This document shows, one piece after another, positions 53,325-64,000 of a stretch of 64,000 nucleotides of DNA (its first letter is position 1; the number at the start of each line of letters is the position of its first letter). The notes beneath the pieces are model-generated. The model was not told the origin of the DNA. It did no database searches and saw only the letters and a program-made list of their open reading frames with translations. Both the position numbers and the translations under genes were made by a program. The DNA is from Lepidodermella squamata (taxonomy: Eukaryota; Animalia; Gastrotricha), in the NCBI GenBank assembly GCA_047495785.1, contig JBLDXI010000013.1, positions 4,526,001 to 4,590,000 of the forward strand. The letters are read 5' to 3'.

Positions 53325-54525
53325 TCATTTGTGTAGCGAGTAACACAGGTAGGCGGCCAGGTTCCAGGCGGATAGCTCATCGACGGATGGTTTAGATTCG
53401 CTGCATATCGACCCTAGCATGTAGATGCTTTGCGGGTCGTCGGCTAGCATCCGAAGGTTTCGCACGTTCACGCGTGATGTCACGCCATTTACGCCGACAA
53501 ATACGACGGGTGCCAGCATTTCTCGGCGAACCTGCGAAAAATAAAGATTGGGCCCGAATTTAAAATTAAAAATAAAAAGTGACAAAATAAAAGTGACGTT
53601 ATGAATCCTTTACAGGTTCAGTTACCGATTTCTTATTTACTAATTGTTACTCGGAATTTACGCAGGAGATAACATAAATTTTGCTTAAAAATACCGAAAT
53701 TGGAAGCTCAATAGGAATTTCGCTCCAATTTAAAAAGACGAAGTATCATGAAAAATTAACAAATTAAAAAAGGAGATTAAAATAAGCGATTTTTACCGAT
53801 AGCGTCGCCAGCATCATACCAGTCTCGGAATCGCCGAAATTGCCATCAGTGAAAACGACCAATAACCGGCGCCGTTTCGCCTTCACTTCGTCTTCGATTT
53901 TATTCATGTAAGGCATGCCGGGTTCATCGAACATCGACTTAATGCCTTTATTGCGGTGAATTCTCGGATAGCGTCCTGTTAGTCGCGCCAACTTTCCGCT
54001 GTATTGATCGAACTTGGGCGGCGGGTAGACAGGCTCCCAGAGCGAGGCTGAAGTCAGTAGTCTGAAGGCTCGAACTATACTAGACAAGCCACCGCCAGCA
54101 TAGGGTAGCTGCTCCATAGCTTCGAGTAGGGACGTATCATTAGGCGGGACTAGGCCTGATACAACATCAGCTCGAGACGAAAATCGAACTAGGCCAATGT
54201 TCAAATCGCGATATTGAACCTGCTCAGGCGAGAACATAGACGCAACAACTCGGACGTAGTTTTTCAGTTGATTGAACGCAGCTTCGCCGATGGAAGATGA
54301 AGAATCGAGGGCGAAATAGAAATCGCCGTTACAGTCCGATTTGTTCGCCAGCATCGCTAGCACGTTTTTGTACCGCCAATTGTGGCCAGGAACAGCGACG
54401 CGGCGTAAATTATTCGTGTTTTGCCACGGCCATGGCGCCGCCTTAACTTCACTCGATCGGCATAGATCGACGGCGAAAATCGCGGTTAAAATAATTGAGT
54501 GAATAATAACCAGGACTCGGGACAT
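53325..54525 (-). CDS. secreted von Willebrand factor A domain protein
   Basis: Exons 54525-53797 and 53531-53325. Signal peptide; DFYFALDSSSSIG (MIDAS DxSxS), IGLVRFS, LLVVFTDG, VVFVGV. Confidence 0.85.
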
Positions 54526-55419
54526 TTTTTCTCAGCGATTATGATGGCGATAATGATACGACAAAATATTCTCGGCTTTCATAACAACTTTCCGGCGCCA
54601 GACAAAATATTATAGTAGAGAAAAATTGACGTTTTGCTATAAAGTAAATATTAATATTATAAAAAGACACCTTTTCTGTTTATTACAATTCTGTCGTTAT
54701 TTATTGCCGGCCAAGCCTAGCGGTCTAGTGACGCGTGGCTTTCTGAATTTTCTGAAAAGCGCGCGCGTTAAATGTCTCTCGGTGCGCTTTTTGCAGGTGC
54801 AAAATTGCCGGCCATTCATGCGCATTAAACAATGTAGGATATAATAAGCAATAATTGAATTAAATAATTATGTATGAAAGTTATATGATGTGCTGCGACT
54901 TTTATATGTATAAAATTTTAATATTCAGTTATGCGATATTATATCATTTTATTGCCCGGTCTAAATTTTGTGTAGCCGCGACAGTTGACGCCTATTTGCA
55001 CGTGGAAGCCGGGTAAATTAGAGGCTGTACAGACTGTATCGCGTACTGGATTTAGGTGCAAGACACCGCGAGTGCCGCACGACTTCTTGGTGGTATAAGC
55101 CACGCGCTGAAAACGACAACGGAAGCTTGGATACCTATGATGATAATGATGATGCGCTGCTTTCTCACGGATGGCATCGCGTTGCACTGCTTAAAACAAT
55201 CGCAGAAAACGCACTTGCTTCAACTACCTGCATATCTTGATCTAACATGATTAATATTTTGCGAGTTTAGTAGTTAAGCTGCATTTCCTAATCCCTAAAT
55301 AATCATACCTATGTCCCTAAATTTATAATTATAAAACCCTAATAAAAACCGGGTTTTCATTCGCGAAAATGATAAATTCCGGCTTATTGAATCAAATTTG
55401 ACGAATCAAAAAACGACAT

Positions 55420-55589
55420 CTTAGTGGGAACCAGTGAATCCCAAATTTTTGCTAGTTTTAGAGGACACGCGAAAAGTGTGATCGTCGAAAAAAGTCAAAT
55501 GGCGCCTGTCGCCAGCTTTTTGAGCCAACCGATATGGTTTAAAACCTTCCGAACAATCAGAAAACTGAGGATTCAATGGTTCCACTAAG
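55420..55589. repeat. inverted repeat, MITE-like
   Basis: CTTAGTGGGAACCAGTGAATCC / GGATTCAATGGTTCCACTAAG. Confidence 0.5.
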
Positions 55590-56457
55590 CAAGCCTCTTT
55601 AATTGGGGGTGGGTCACGAAGTGGGGGTAAAAATATACCTGAAAAGCCGAAAATAGCCAGAAAGCTCGAAATTTTGGGGGTGGGTTGAGGGTGGCTAGAT
55701 AAAACCTTGCCACTAAAATTCGCCCAAACGGCAACAACTGCACATCAGATGTTAGTAGCGCAAATGACGTTCATACTCTTCCGCATTAATATCTAAATTG
55801 ATTTCGAAATCTTTCAAAGACTCGGCCGATTTTGGTTCAATTTGTTAAATAATGAGAGAAATAACGGCCTACGTAGGTCTACAAGGACCGGCAGAAGTTA
55901 CAGTACTAGGCGCAGAATGGTACCCGCGAAAAGTAAAGCGCTGATACCTCATATTGTCGAAATAATTAATCTGCAAAACATGGCTATATGCATTTTAGTC
56001 CTATTCCTATGCCTTTTTTAGCGCTGATCTGGCCGAGCCGATTGAGGAAATCATTTTCAATGAATTCTAAGATCTAAGATCGCAAATTTATCATAATTTG
56101 TGGATTCCATGTTTGTAAGCTCGAATATATTTGCCATAAATATGCCAAGAAACATCTGAGACGTAAGGGAAAATTTCGTTTAAATGATCATAAAACATGA
56201 AAAATTCTCGATCAGATTTTATCAAGTTGTAATTTGAAATGAAATAGTGGTACAATTAGCTTCTCATCTGTTTATCAAAGTAACAATGACACTCCCAGGG
56301 GAGAGATAAACAAATAGCCCGTTTGCCATATTTTTATTTGCATGTCCATCGGCAGCGTGGGTAATAATTAATCAGCAACAAAATAGTCATTCATGAGAAT
56401 GCATTTTTGATTAAGCCTTCATCAGCTCCATCATTATAGTCGTCTCCGTAAATAGCC

Positions 56458-56846
56458 ATTCATTTGTTTTGAAGCTGCCATCGAAAAAGAAACACCGTTA
56501 TTAAACTTTCATCATATTTTATTATGACAACCACAAACATTTGCAATTTTATTCAATATTAGCCGTTCGTTATTCGGTATCCATTTCAGCGTAGAAAAAG
56601 GAGACGAAGATGTATTGAACCCTCACCCCGTTTCGCTGCTGATTACCCCAGTAATTCGGCACGACTGAACTGCCACCAACCGACATTTTCTGAATAGCGC
56701 GACGGTGACATAGGCCGGAACTCCTGGGGTGGTAGTTTCGAATTGCTGAAATTCGTATTATAAGGCCCGCTGGTTATCGTGGCAATGCCTAGAAATTGAC
56801 TACGTTGACAAGACTGTTACCGCCCTGAACGGCGGACCCGGTTCTT
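56458..56846 (-). pseudogene. chimeric partial duplicate of the CUB-LDLa gene 3' region
   Basis: 56458-56611 copies 58288-58441; 56610-56846 copies coding 59753-60007 with substitutions and small deletions. Confidence 0.9.
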
Positions 56847-56847
56847 C

Positions 56848-57370
56848 CCTAGGAATAAAACTTCATTGCATTTCAGTGCATGGGAATGCATGGGTCCTGC
56901 ATTACAATGCATGGGAATGTTTGGTGGATCTATAGTGGTTGCATGTAAATGCATGGAGATTGATGTAGGCCCTTGGATGTACATGCGCGTACTTGCATCT
57001 TGAGTTGTCCTCGGGTCTTAAATTTTGGACCCGATCCGAACCGGCCTTCGGAATCCCAAACCCGGATCCGATCCGATCCGATCCGATCCGAGGTCAAAAC
57101 CAGGCGCTTTTCTGGGGTTTTTCCTGGTCGGATAAGTTACTTATGACTCGACACGATTTTTTGCTTTTTGGGTCGCGGGTCGCGGGCCCGAAGAAATCAC
57201 TTGATGAGGGTAATAATCTGTATTTGAAAATTATATGAATTGACTTGGATATTGGCCAGACTCTATAGAATCGGCAGAAAACGCTGGTCCTCCTCCCACA
57301 CTTGTCATTGCGAAGATCGCCCATCTGATCCTAGCATGGCAGGTACACGGGAGTGAAGTTTATTCCGTCG
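56848..57370. mobile_element. CMC-like TIR element
   Basis: CCTAGGAATAAAACTTCA / TGAAGTTTATTCCGTCG with TC on both flanks. Internal TGCATGG repeats and a (CCGAT)n tract. Confidence 0.5.
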
Positions 57371-59174
57371 TCTCTTTCTCTTTCTGTATTAGTTTTTGTT
57401 GTTTTTTACTCTTTCGCTCAAGACGATGAATAATGTAATGTAAAACGATGATGTAATGTGATGATGTAATGTCATTGCGTGATCGCCGCACTAATCCACC
57501 TTAATCCGCCCCTCAAGGCGAAAAGCCGCACCTGACTGATAATCAGACGCCTTGAAATGTAAAACGTCGCCCCGTTAAAATAAGAAAAACGCAAATGTGA
57601 TGATGATGCCTATTAGACGCACCTTTTTGGAATCAATTTTACATCGGCTGAACCGGTATATGAACCAAAATACCTACCACCTGGGATATGATTAACAGCG
57701 CTCGTACGATCTTTTGGGACAATTTGTCACATATTACGAATAGCGATCGCTTTTAGATCAACGATAGCGCTAACCTATACGTGTAGCGTTATTAGGTAGA
57801 CCGCGCTATATATCGCCCATCGGGCTGCTCAAGGTCCTCAAGGTCTTATTCAAACAGTTTATATCAGTGCCCCGCGAACTTTTTTCACCATCGGCATATT
57901 TGGCGGCCGGAAAGCCTTAGCTCCAGCCAGAATTTTGGCTGAAAATAGCGCAAAACAGGCTGATTTTCGGGTTATGATCGTGCGAAACTAGGCATCCGGG
58001 CGCATTCCAGGTATTCTTTGAGAAATCCTACCGACCGCCATGAACTGCCATGAACTGCACATCGGGAAAAAAATCCGAGTTCGCGGAGCGCTGATTTAAA
58101 TAAAAATTGAGCTGAAAGCCGCCCAAGTTGAATAAATGAAATTGGGCGGTGGTTTAACCAGCCAGGGCGACTTTGTTTACTTCGAGGGCGCGCCTGTTCA
58201 AAACGAGGGCGCGCTATTATTAAATGAGGGCTGAGATTAAACGAGGGCGAACTTTTACCTTTTGGGGCGGCAGATTTTATTTTACCGATTCATTTGCTTT
58301 GAAGCTGCCATCGAAAAAGAAACACCGTTATTAAACTTTCCTCATATTTTATTATGACAACCACAAAAATTTTCAATTTTAGTCAATATTAGCCGTTCGT
58401 TATTAGGTGTCCATTTCAGCGTAGAAAAAAGAGGCGAAGATACACGAGCGTAACAATTAGTGTACAAGGTTATTTCTTTTCGATCAAGCCACCTCAAACG
58501 ATAATATATTTATATGTAATCGCACCATTCTTGAAGTACACACTCATTTTTAGGTCCTACAGATAAGACACGCGTTCGGAATTTTTCTCACGCGAGGCGC
58601 GCAGATGTGCATTCTCGCGGCGATAACCGCCCGGAAAATTACGCAATTCAAATCGAATTCCAGTGTTTACAATCGTGGCAACAAACACACAAATATGCAA
58701 AATTCAGAGTAAATAAAGCAATTTAGATATAGGTATTTGGCGAATCTAATGCACCGTTGTGGTTTCTGGCCGAGAAAAACGCAACAATTGGTCGTTGTAC
58801 CCACAAATCATTGTTAAGTAGAAAATTATTTAATGAAGCGAATTGAGCTTTTTCAAATTTTACAGTTTTGAGACAGAAATCCCAGCAGTTTTATCAGGCG
58901 AAGAAAAAAAACAAAAAAAACGCGGTGAAGAGATCAAAATTTCGTTTATATTTTATACAAGTTCAGGGACCACACGTAAATTATATGCATCCAGCCTAAT
59001 AGTGTGAAAAACATAAAGATTGATTCAGATAGTGATTTCCACGTCAATCGCAACAAATAAATCGTTGAGGAGGCGAAAAACGGAAGATTGATTGCATCAA
59101 AACAGTTTCGAATATCATATATTGCAGTCTGGAAGGGTGATTCAGGTGATGAGCTATATATTATTGGCTTGAAA

Positions 59175-59364
59175 CAGGACCGGATTAATTTTTTTTTAAA
59201 ATAACGCGGTAATTGAAAAATTCCTTAAAGCTGGAATTTTTTCAAATTTTCCCCCGAAATTTAATTTTCGTCGAAATAGCACCCATCTGTCACGCGGAAT
59301 TTCCGTTAGAAAAACGGCTCAAATAACAGGTTTTAGGCACGTGCCCGTGATTAATCCGGCCCTG
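59175..59364. mobile_element. hAT-like MITE downstream of the CUB-LDLa stop
   Basis: CAGGACCGGATTAAT / ATTAATCCGGCCCTG. No TSD recognisable. Confidence 0.55.
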
Positions 59365-59445
59365 GACGTGTAATGACCATCTCGAAAATACTGCTCTGAC
59401 CGTGCTAATTGCAGCGTTGATAATAATAATAATAACACGTCATTT

Positions 59446-61802
59446 TTACAAGTTGACTTGCTGTTGCGATCTTTGCTGCGCGTAATTATTACTGTACATT
59501 AACGCCTCATCCACATGTATGTCGGTTGGCTTCATATTATTGACGTAACTCGACGCCGCTGCGGAACGTGCCGATTTCGATGAGGGCGTTGTCGAGCGCT
59601 GCGTTTGCAACACGCCGTCGAAATTATTATGCGACCCGGGCATCGCCTGGCCCTGCGACCCGCCGAAACCCGACGACGAAACCTGAGACGGCCTCGTGTT
59701 ATGCGGCGAATTCGAATCGTCGTACTGCGTTTGAAAATGCCTCGGAGCTGCCATGTATTGAACCCTCACCCCGTTTTGCTGCTGCTGATTACCCCAGTAA
59801 TTCGGCCCGACCGAACTGCCGCCAACCGACCCGACATTTTCTGAATAGCGCGACGGTGACATAGGCCGGAATTCCGGGGGCGGCAGTTTCGAATTGCTGA
59901 AATTCGTATTATAAGGCCCACTGGTTATCGTGGCATTGCCTAGAAATTGACTCCGTTGACTCGCGCTGACAAAACTGTTACCGCCCTGAACGGCGGACCC
60001 GGTTCTTGAATTAGCGCAATACGCCCCGTTCGGCCCGATTTGGTAACTCGCCCCGGCTAGACTGCCGCTGCCGGGTCCGCGGCGTTTTTTCTCGCGGCAA
60101 ATAAAACGCCGGCATAGACAAATCGACGCGATTAAACAAACAATAATGACTAGAACACTTCCGATTGAGATTGAAAGAGACGCGGCGACTCCGAGTGATA
60201 GCAATTTGTCGATTAAGGAGACAGGTTGTTGTTGATTTTTCAGTGAGCAACTGCGGAACGGCGGTTCGTCCGCCGCGTCTTTCGAGCCAGGGCAATTTGG
60301 CGAATTATCGCAGGTCAGATTTGAGTTGATGCAAATAACTTCTTGATTGTATGTTTTCGACGAGCACGGGAAAAGAGCCGAGTCTTTGGTATCTCTCGAA
60401 TTGGCACATACTTCTGATGTCGTAGATGTGGTGAAAGCGGTTAGTAACAGCTTGAAACCACCGCCTCTCGCAATACTTCCGGTCCTATAAAACAAAAATC
60501 AAATCCAGTTGAGGACATACATGTAAAATTCATTTCGATTTTCTCAAATTTTCTCCATACCGCCACGTCCATTCAATTCACGCCACTAAAATCTTCCCCA
60601 ATTTAAAATCCTTTTTCTACATTAGCTCTTCAAACATTGATAGATCTGAGTTGCAAACATGTTTTTTCCTGCAAGGTAACCGAGTACAATTTTTTCCAAC
60701 AATAATTAGCTGTCCATGCGGTAATTTTTTCACCCCTAGTATCAGTTTCAAGAGGCGTCAAGCCTCGAGCAAAAAAACGCCAATCATTGTTTTTCATCGC
60801 TCTGAGAAGTTGTTTACTTCTCCGCGTGTGGCTCGCGGAAGTTAACGATAAGCAGAACCTGTGGCGGAATGGCGAATGGTTAGGTTTATCAGGGCACCAT
60901 CTTACAAACTAAATTGATGCAGCTAGTCTCGAGAGTAATGCGCGCGCGCGCACTAATTGGAATGTTCATAGCATCGCTACTTCCGTGCGTAATTCGCACA
61001 TTCTCGTTACTGTGGCGGCCGCAAGTGGAATCTATATATCACATATGCTAATGCTGAAAATACCACTAAACCAGACATCATAAATCAGCTAGCCAATAAT
61101 AGTTTGAACTAATAAACAAACATAGCTTCCATGTGTGTGTATTTGGCTACTTCTATCCCAGCAATAACAATAAAAAGCGCGCCGCTAATGGATTGAACAA
61201 TTAAATAGTACTCACTCGAAACCGACGAAGAATCGCGATTCGGCCTCTGAAAAATACTCCAATGTGCCGTTGAACTTCTTCTTCATATGGTTACAGATGT
61301 AAGTGGCCTCGCCGCTGGCAAACTGTGGCAGTAACAACAATAAGATAAGTGCTCGATAAATAATAGAAAGCAGAAACCAACTTGATGGCGCTCATCGAAC
61401 ACTGCGATTTTGTTGTTATAGTAGTTGAGCGTTAAATTCGATAATATCAAATGGTCACTGCAGCCTTCAACGTACGGCTCTACTGGCAGATCGTAACTTA
61501 GCACTTTCACGGCTATTCGCCACTTGGGTAGAGCTGTTGTGAAGCGCAGAATACAGCGAAAGCCGAAATCGTATTTCAAGCCTGTTAAATATCCTCGGTG
61601 CGAATAGACGACAGCGCTTGAAGCTATGCTGTAAAACAAGTCGCTGTTGTCGGAACAATCATCCATGAAAACTAGATATAGTCATAACAAATTAGCAGCT
61701 CCCGAGATAAAAAATAAACCTACACTTGAGGTGAGATGATGACGCGATTTGAGTTGACAGAGCCAAAATGAGTAAAACTGCCGATAATTTCCATGGTTTC
61801 AT
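59446..61802 (-). CDS. single CUB + LDLa-like type I transmembrane protein
   Basis: Exons 61802-61724, 61671-61382, 61322-61216, 60484-59446 join in frame. Signal peptide MKPWKLSAVLLILAL, CUB-like (CILRFTT...CSDHLIL...GFKLLLTAF), LDLa-like CINSNLTCDNSPNCP...ADE, TM helix, low-complexity tail ending QVNL. Confidence 0.82.
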
Positions 61803-63086
61803 AGTAATAACCTAAAGAAAATATGGGTTATTAAAAAGATATAAATTAAGACTGTTCACAAGTTTACAGCAAGCGGTACCTACTACCTACTAGCGATAAA
61901 GTTAGAAGCAAAGGAGGATTTTTTTGGAAGTTGAGCAATTGTGAAACCGTAAATAATAAAAGCCATTGAGATACTGAGGACTAGGAAAGGGAAAAACATA
62001 CTTGGAACAATTTAGATGACTCTCTATCGGCATAATCAATGATCAATTTCAAGTATTATTGCTTTCGGTAATAATCATATGAAATAGCATTGCTAACGGT
62101 TGAATATCGAACATCTTCTATCAAGCTTGATGTTTGAATTCGAAGCTGTGATGTTACCCGACCGCCGATCAGAGAAGACAGTATAGAAGTTAGATGTTAT
62201 GGTTCGATTTGAGATGAGCTTGGTTACGGGTTACGGCTAATCGAATCGAATCCACAAATCAAAAATGCCAGATTATGAAATTAGACTTGTCCATAAAGAA
62301 CGCAGAAAATCTGCCTTCTCCTAAAGCTAAAAGCCACAAAGGCTTTCTTTTAAAGAATATCATCCGATACAAAGTGATATTTATAGAATCAATATACGTA
62401 CCTTAAAGAATTCCAAATACATTATAGCTAGAAGCTAAATCCTAATTCAAGCCCCAAATAAATTATGTATTTTGTAGCATCAGTAATCAGTACCATCTTC
62501 TCTGCAGGCTTTTATGAAGTAGAAAAAACAGAAGCAAAACAAGAAGCCAACAAACAAGTCAACAAACAATACAGGAGACTCGAGCGATATGCGATACCTT
62601 CAGAATTCCTCCATAAAATGTGTTTTTCAAAGTTCAAGGAAATAGGAATTATACGCCACATCGGAAACAGCTTTCGTGGGTTAAGTGTCTGCAAAAAAGT
62701 TTACCAGCATCCACATAACTGTAACTGATTTCCATGGAAGTAACTCGGATACATACCTACATACAACCCACAACTCTGTTTCCCGTTTCTCAAAACTCCG
62801 AAACCCCTCCTCACGAAAACCGAAACCCGAAACCCGAGAGACGAGAACCGCGCGCCGCCGTTTTGAAAAATTCAATTTTCTAAATTTTGTATATCTGTCA
62901 ATTATATTAAATGACGGCGCAGAAATTCTCAATACAAAACATGAGTCATAAAAGTCTCATATTTGCCGCGCATTTCGCAAACCTCGCCTCATTTTTCGCG
63001 CATACGGCTTCCTTATGCCGTGAACAAGTTTGGAGCGAATACGAATCATCTGCGACTTTTATTTGTGTCGAAAATCTGATGAAATC

Positions 63087-64000
63087 ATGACTTCATTAAA
63101 AAGGCTGATTGTTTTCACCGCGTTTTTCGTGTCAGCTTTTAGTGACGAGACTGCCACCCCAACCGCTCCCACTGTTGATAAAGGAGTTTACGTTTTGACA
63201 ACAGCGAATTTTGACAGCTTCATCCAAGAACATCCTTTCGCTTTTGTTGATTTTTATGCACCTTGGTCTTGACACTGCAAGGTGTTGGCACCGATATTGG
63301 AGGCTGTGGCAAATCAGATCAAAGATAGAAAGTACGGTGACAAATCTGTTGTCCTCGCCAAGGTTGATGGCACTGTTGAGACTGAGTTGAGCATTCGTTT
63401 CAAGGTGTCAGCATATCCCACTCTCAAGTGGTTCAGCGACGGCCAGGCGAGCAGATACGATGGAAAGCGCGTTGAGACCGACATTATTTCATTCATCGAC
63501 GAGCGCGCAGACCCCAACTGGAGAAAAGTCATCGATCTTACTGGGGCCAACTTCATGGAGTTTGTCGAAAAGCATGAAATTTCTTTGGTTCAATTCTACG
63601 CCCCTTGGTGTGGTCATAGCAAACGTCTGGCACCTGAATACGAGAAGGCTGCCCGTAAACTCAGCGAACGCCCAACTGAAGCTCCCATTCCTCTGGCTAA
63701 GGTCGATGCTACCTCAGCAGAGAGTACTGGTTTTGTGAAGTGTGAAGCAATATGTCGTTACTGTTTACCCGACGCTAAAAATTCTCCGTAAAGGTCGTGT
63801 TTTTGATTTCAAGTTGAAGGGGGCTCCGGATGAACATTCGATCGTCGCATATATGGAAAAACAAGCGCAGCCTGCTAGCTCAGAAATCTTCTACCGGAAC
63901 AACGTTAAGGAATTAGTCGGGCGCTCAGTTGAAGACGTGCTTGTTGTTGGATTTTTCGAATCGGAGACCGATAAATTCTACCAAACATACATCGAAGCTG
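63087..64000 (+). pseudogene. PDIA4: PDIA4/ERp72-like protein disulfide isomerase pseudogene, 3' end beyond window
   Basis: Signal peptide followed by two adjacent thioredoxin a-type domains. In-frame TGA at 63270-63272 (WS*HCK). 7-bp duplication TGTGAAG at 63734-63747 shifts the frame, which resumes as [15 protein letters not shown]...VLVVGFFE. Confidence 0.8.

Noticed and set aside
57030-57091. CRISPR-like or functional array
   Set aside because: Simple (CCGAT)n tract without spacers, inside a TIR element in eukaryotic DNA.
59446-61802. NETO ortholog
   Set aside because: Only one CUB-like domain precedes the LDLa module; NETO proteins have two.
63270-63272. Non-standard genetic code
   Set aside because: TGA acts as the normal stop in PHLPP, gene B and the VWA gene, and other CDSs have no in-frame stops.
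63264-63281. Selenocysteine-containing PDI (UGA in the active site)
   Set aside because: The UGA replaces the Gly of CGHC (GGA to TGA) rather than a Cys, and an independent frameshift follows. The 3' UTR is outside the window, so SECIS cannot be assessed.

Overview
Eukaryotic (metazoan, probably invertebrate) nuclear DNA with short (~50-60 bp) GT-AG introns and many transposon remnants. Genes read by hand-splicing, left to right: (1) an intron-containing MULE/NOF-like DDE transposase with an uninterrupted frame on the minus strand that runs off the left edge; (2) NDUFAF7 (+), with no start exon visible; (3) two divergent RCC1-repeat (RCBTB-like, BTB-less) paralogs (-); (4) PHLPP (-); (5) a putative two-exon coiled-coil orphan (+); (6) a small secreted orphan (-); (7) a secreted VWA protein (-); (8) a CUB-LDLa single-pass membrane protein (-); (9) a disabled PDIA4/ERp72-like copy (+) that runs off the right edge. 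The most striking structure is 6.6-18.4 kb. There a nest of TIR elements up to four levels deep is followed by an apparently identical 3127-bp tandem triplication, whose junction carries 32 bp copied in inverted orientation from inside the opposite arm of a foldback element. No rRNA, clear tRNA or CRISPR was seen. I did not find a clearly novel multi-gene system; the best leads are listed as findings. Family assignments come from motifs recognised by eye, not from database searches.
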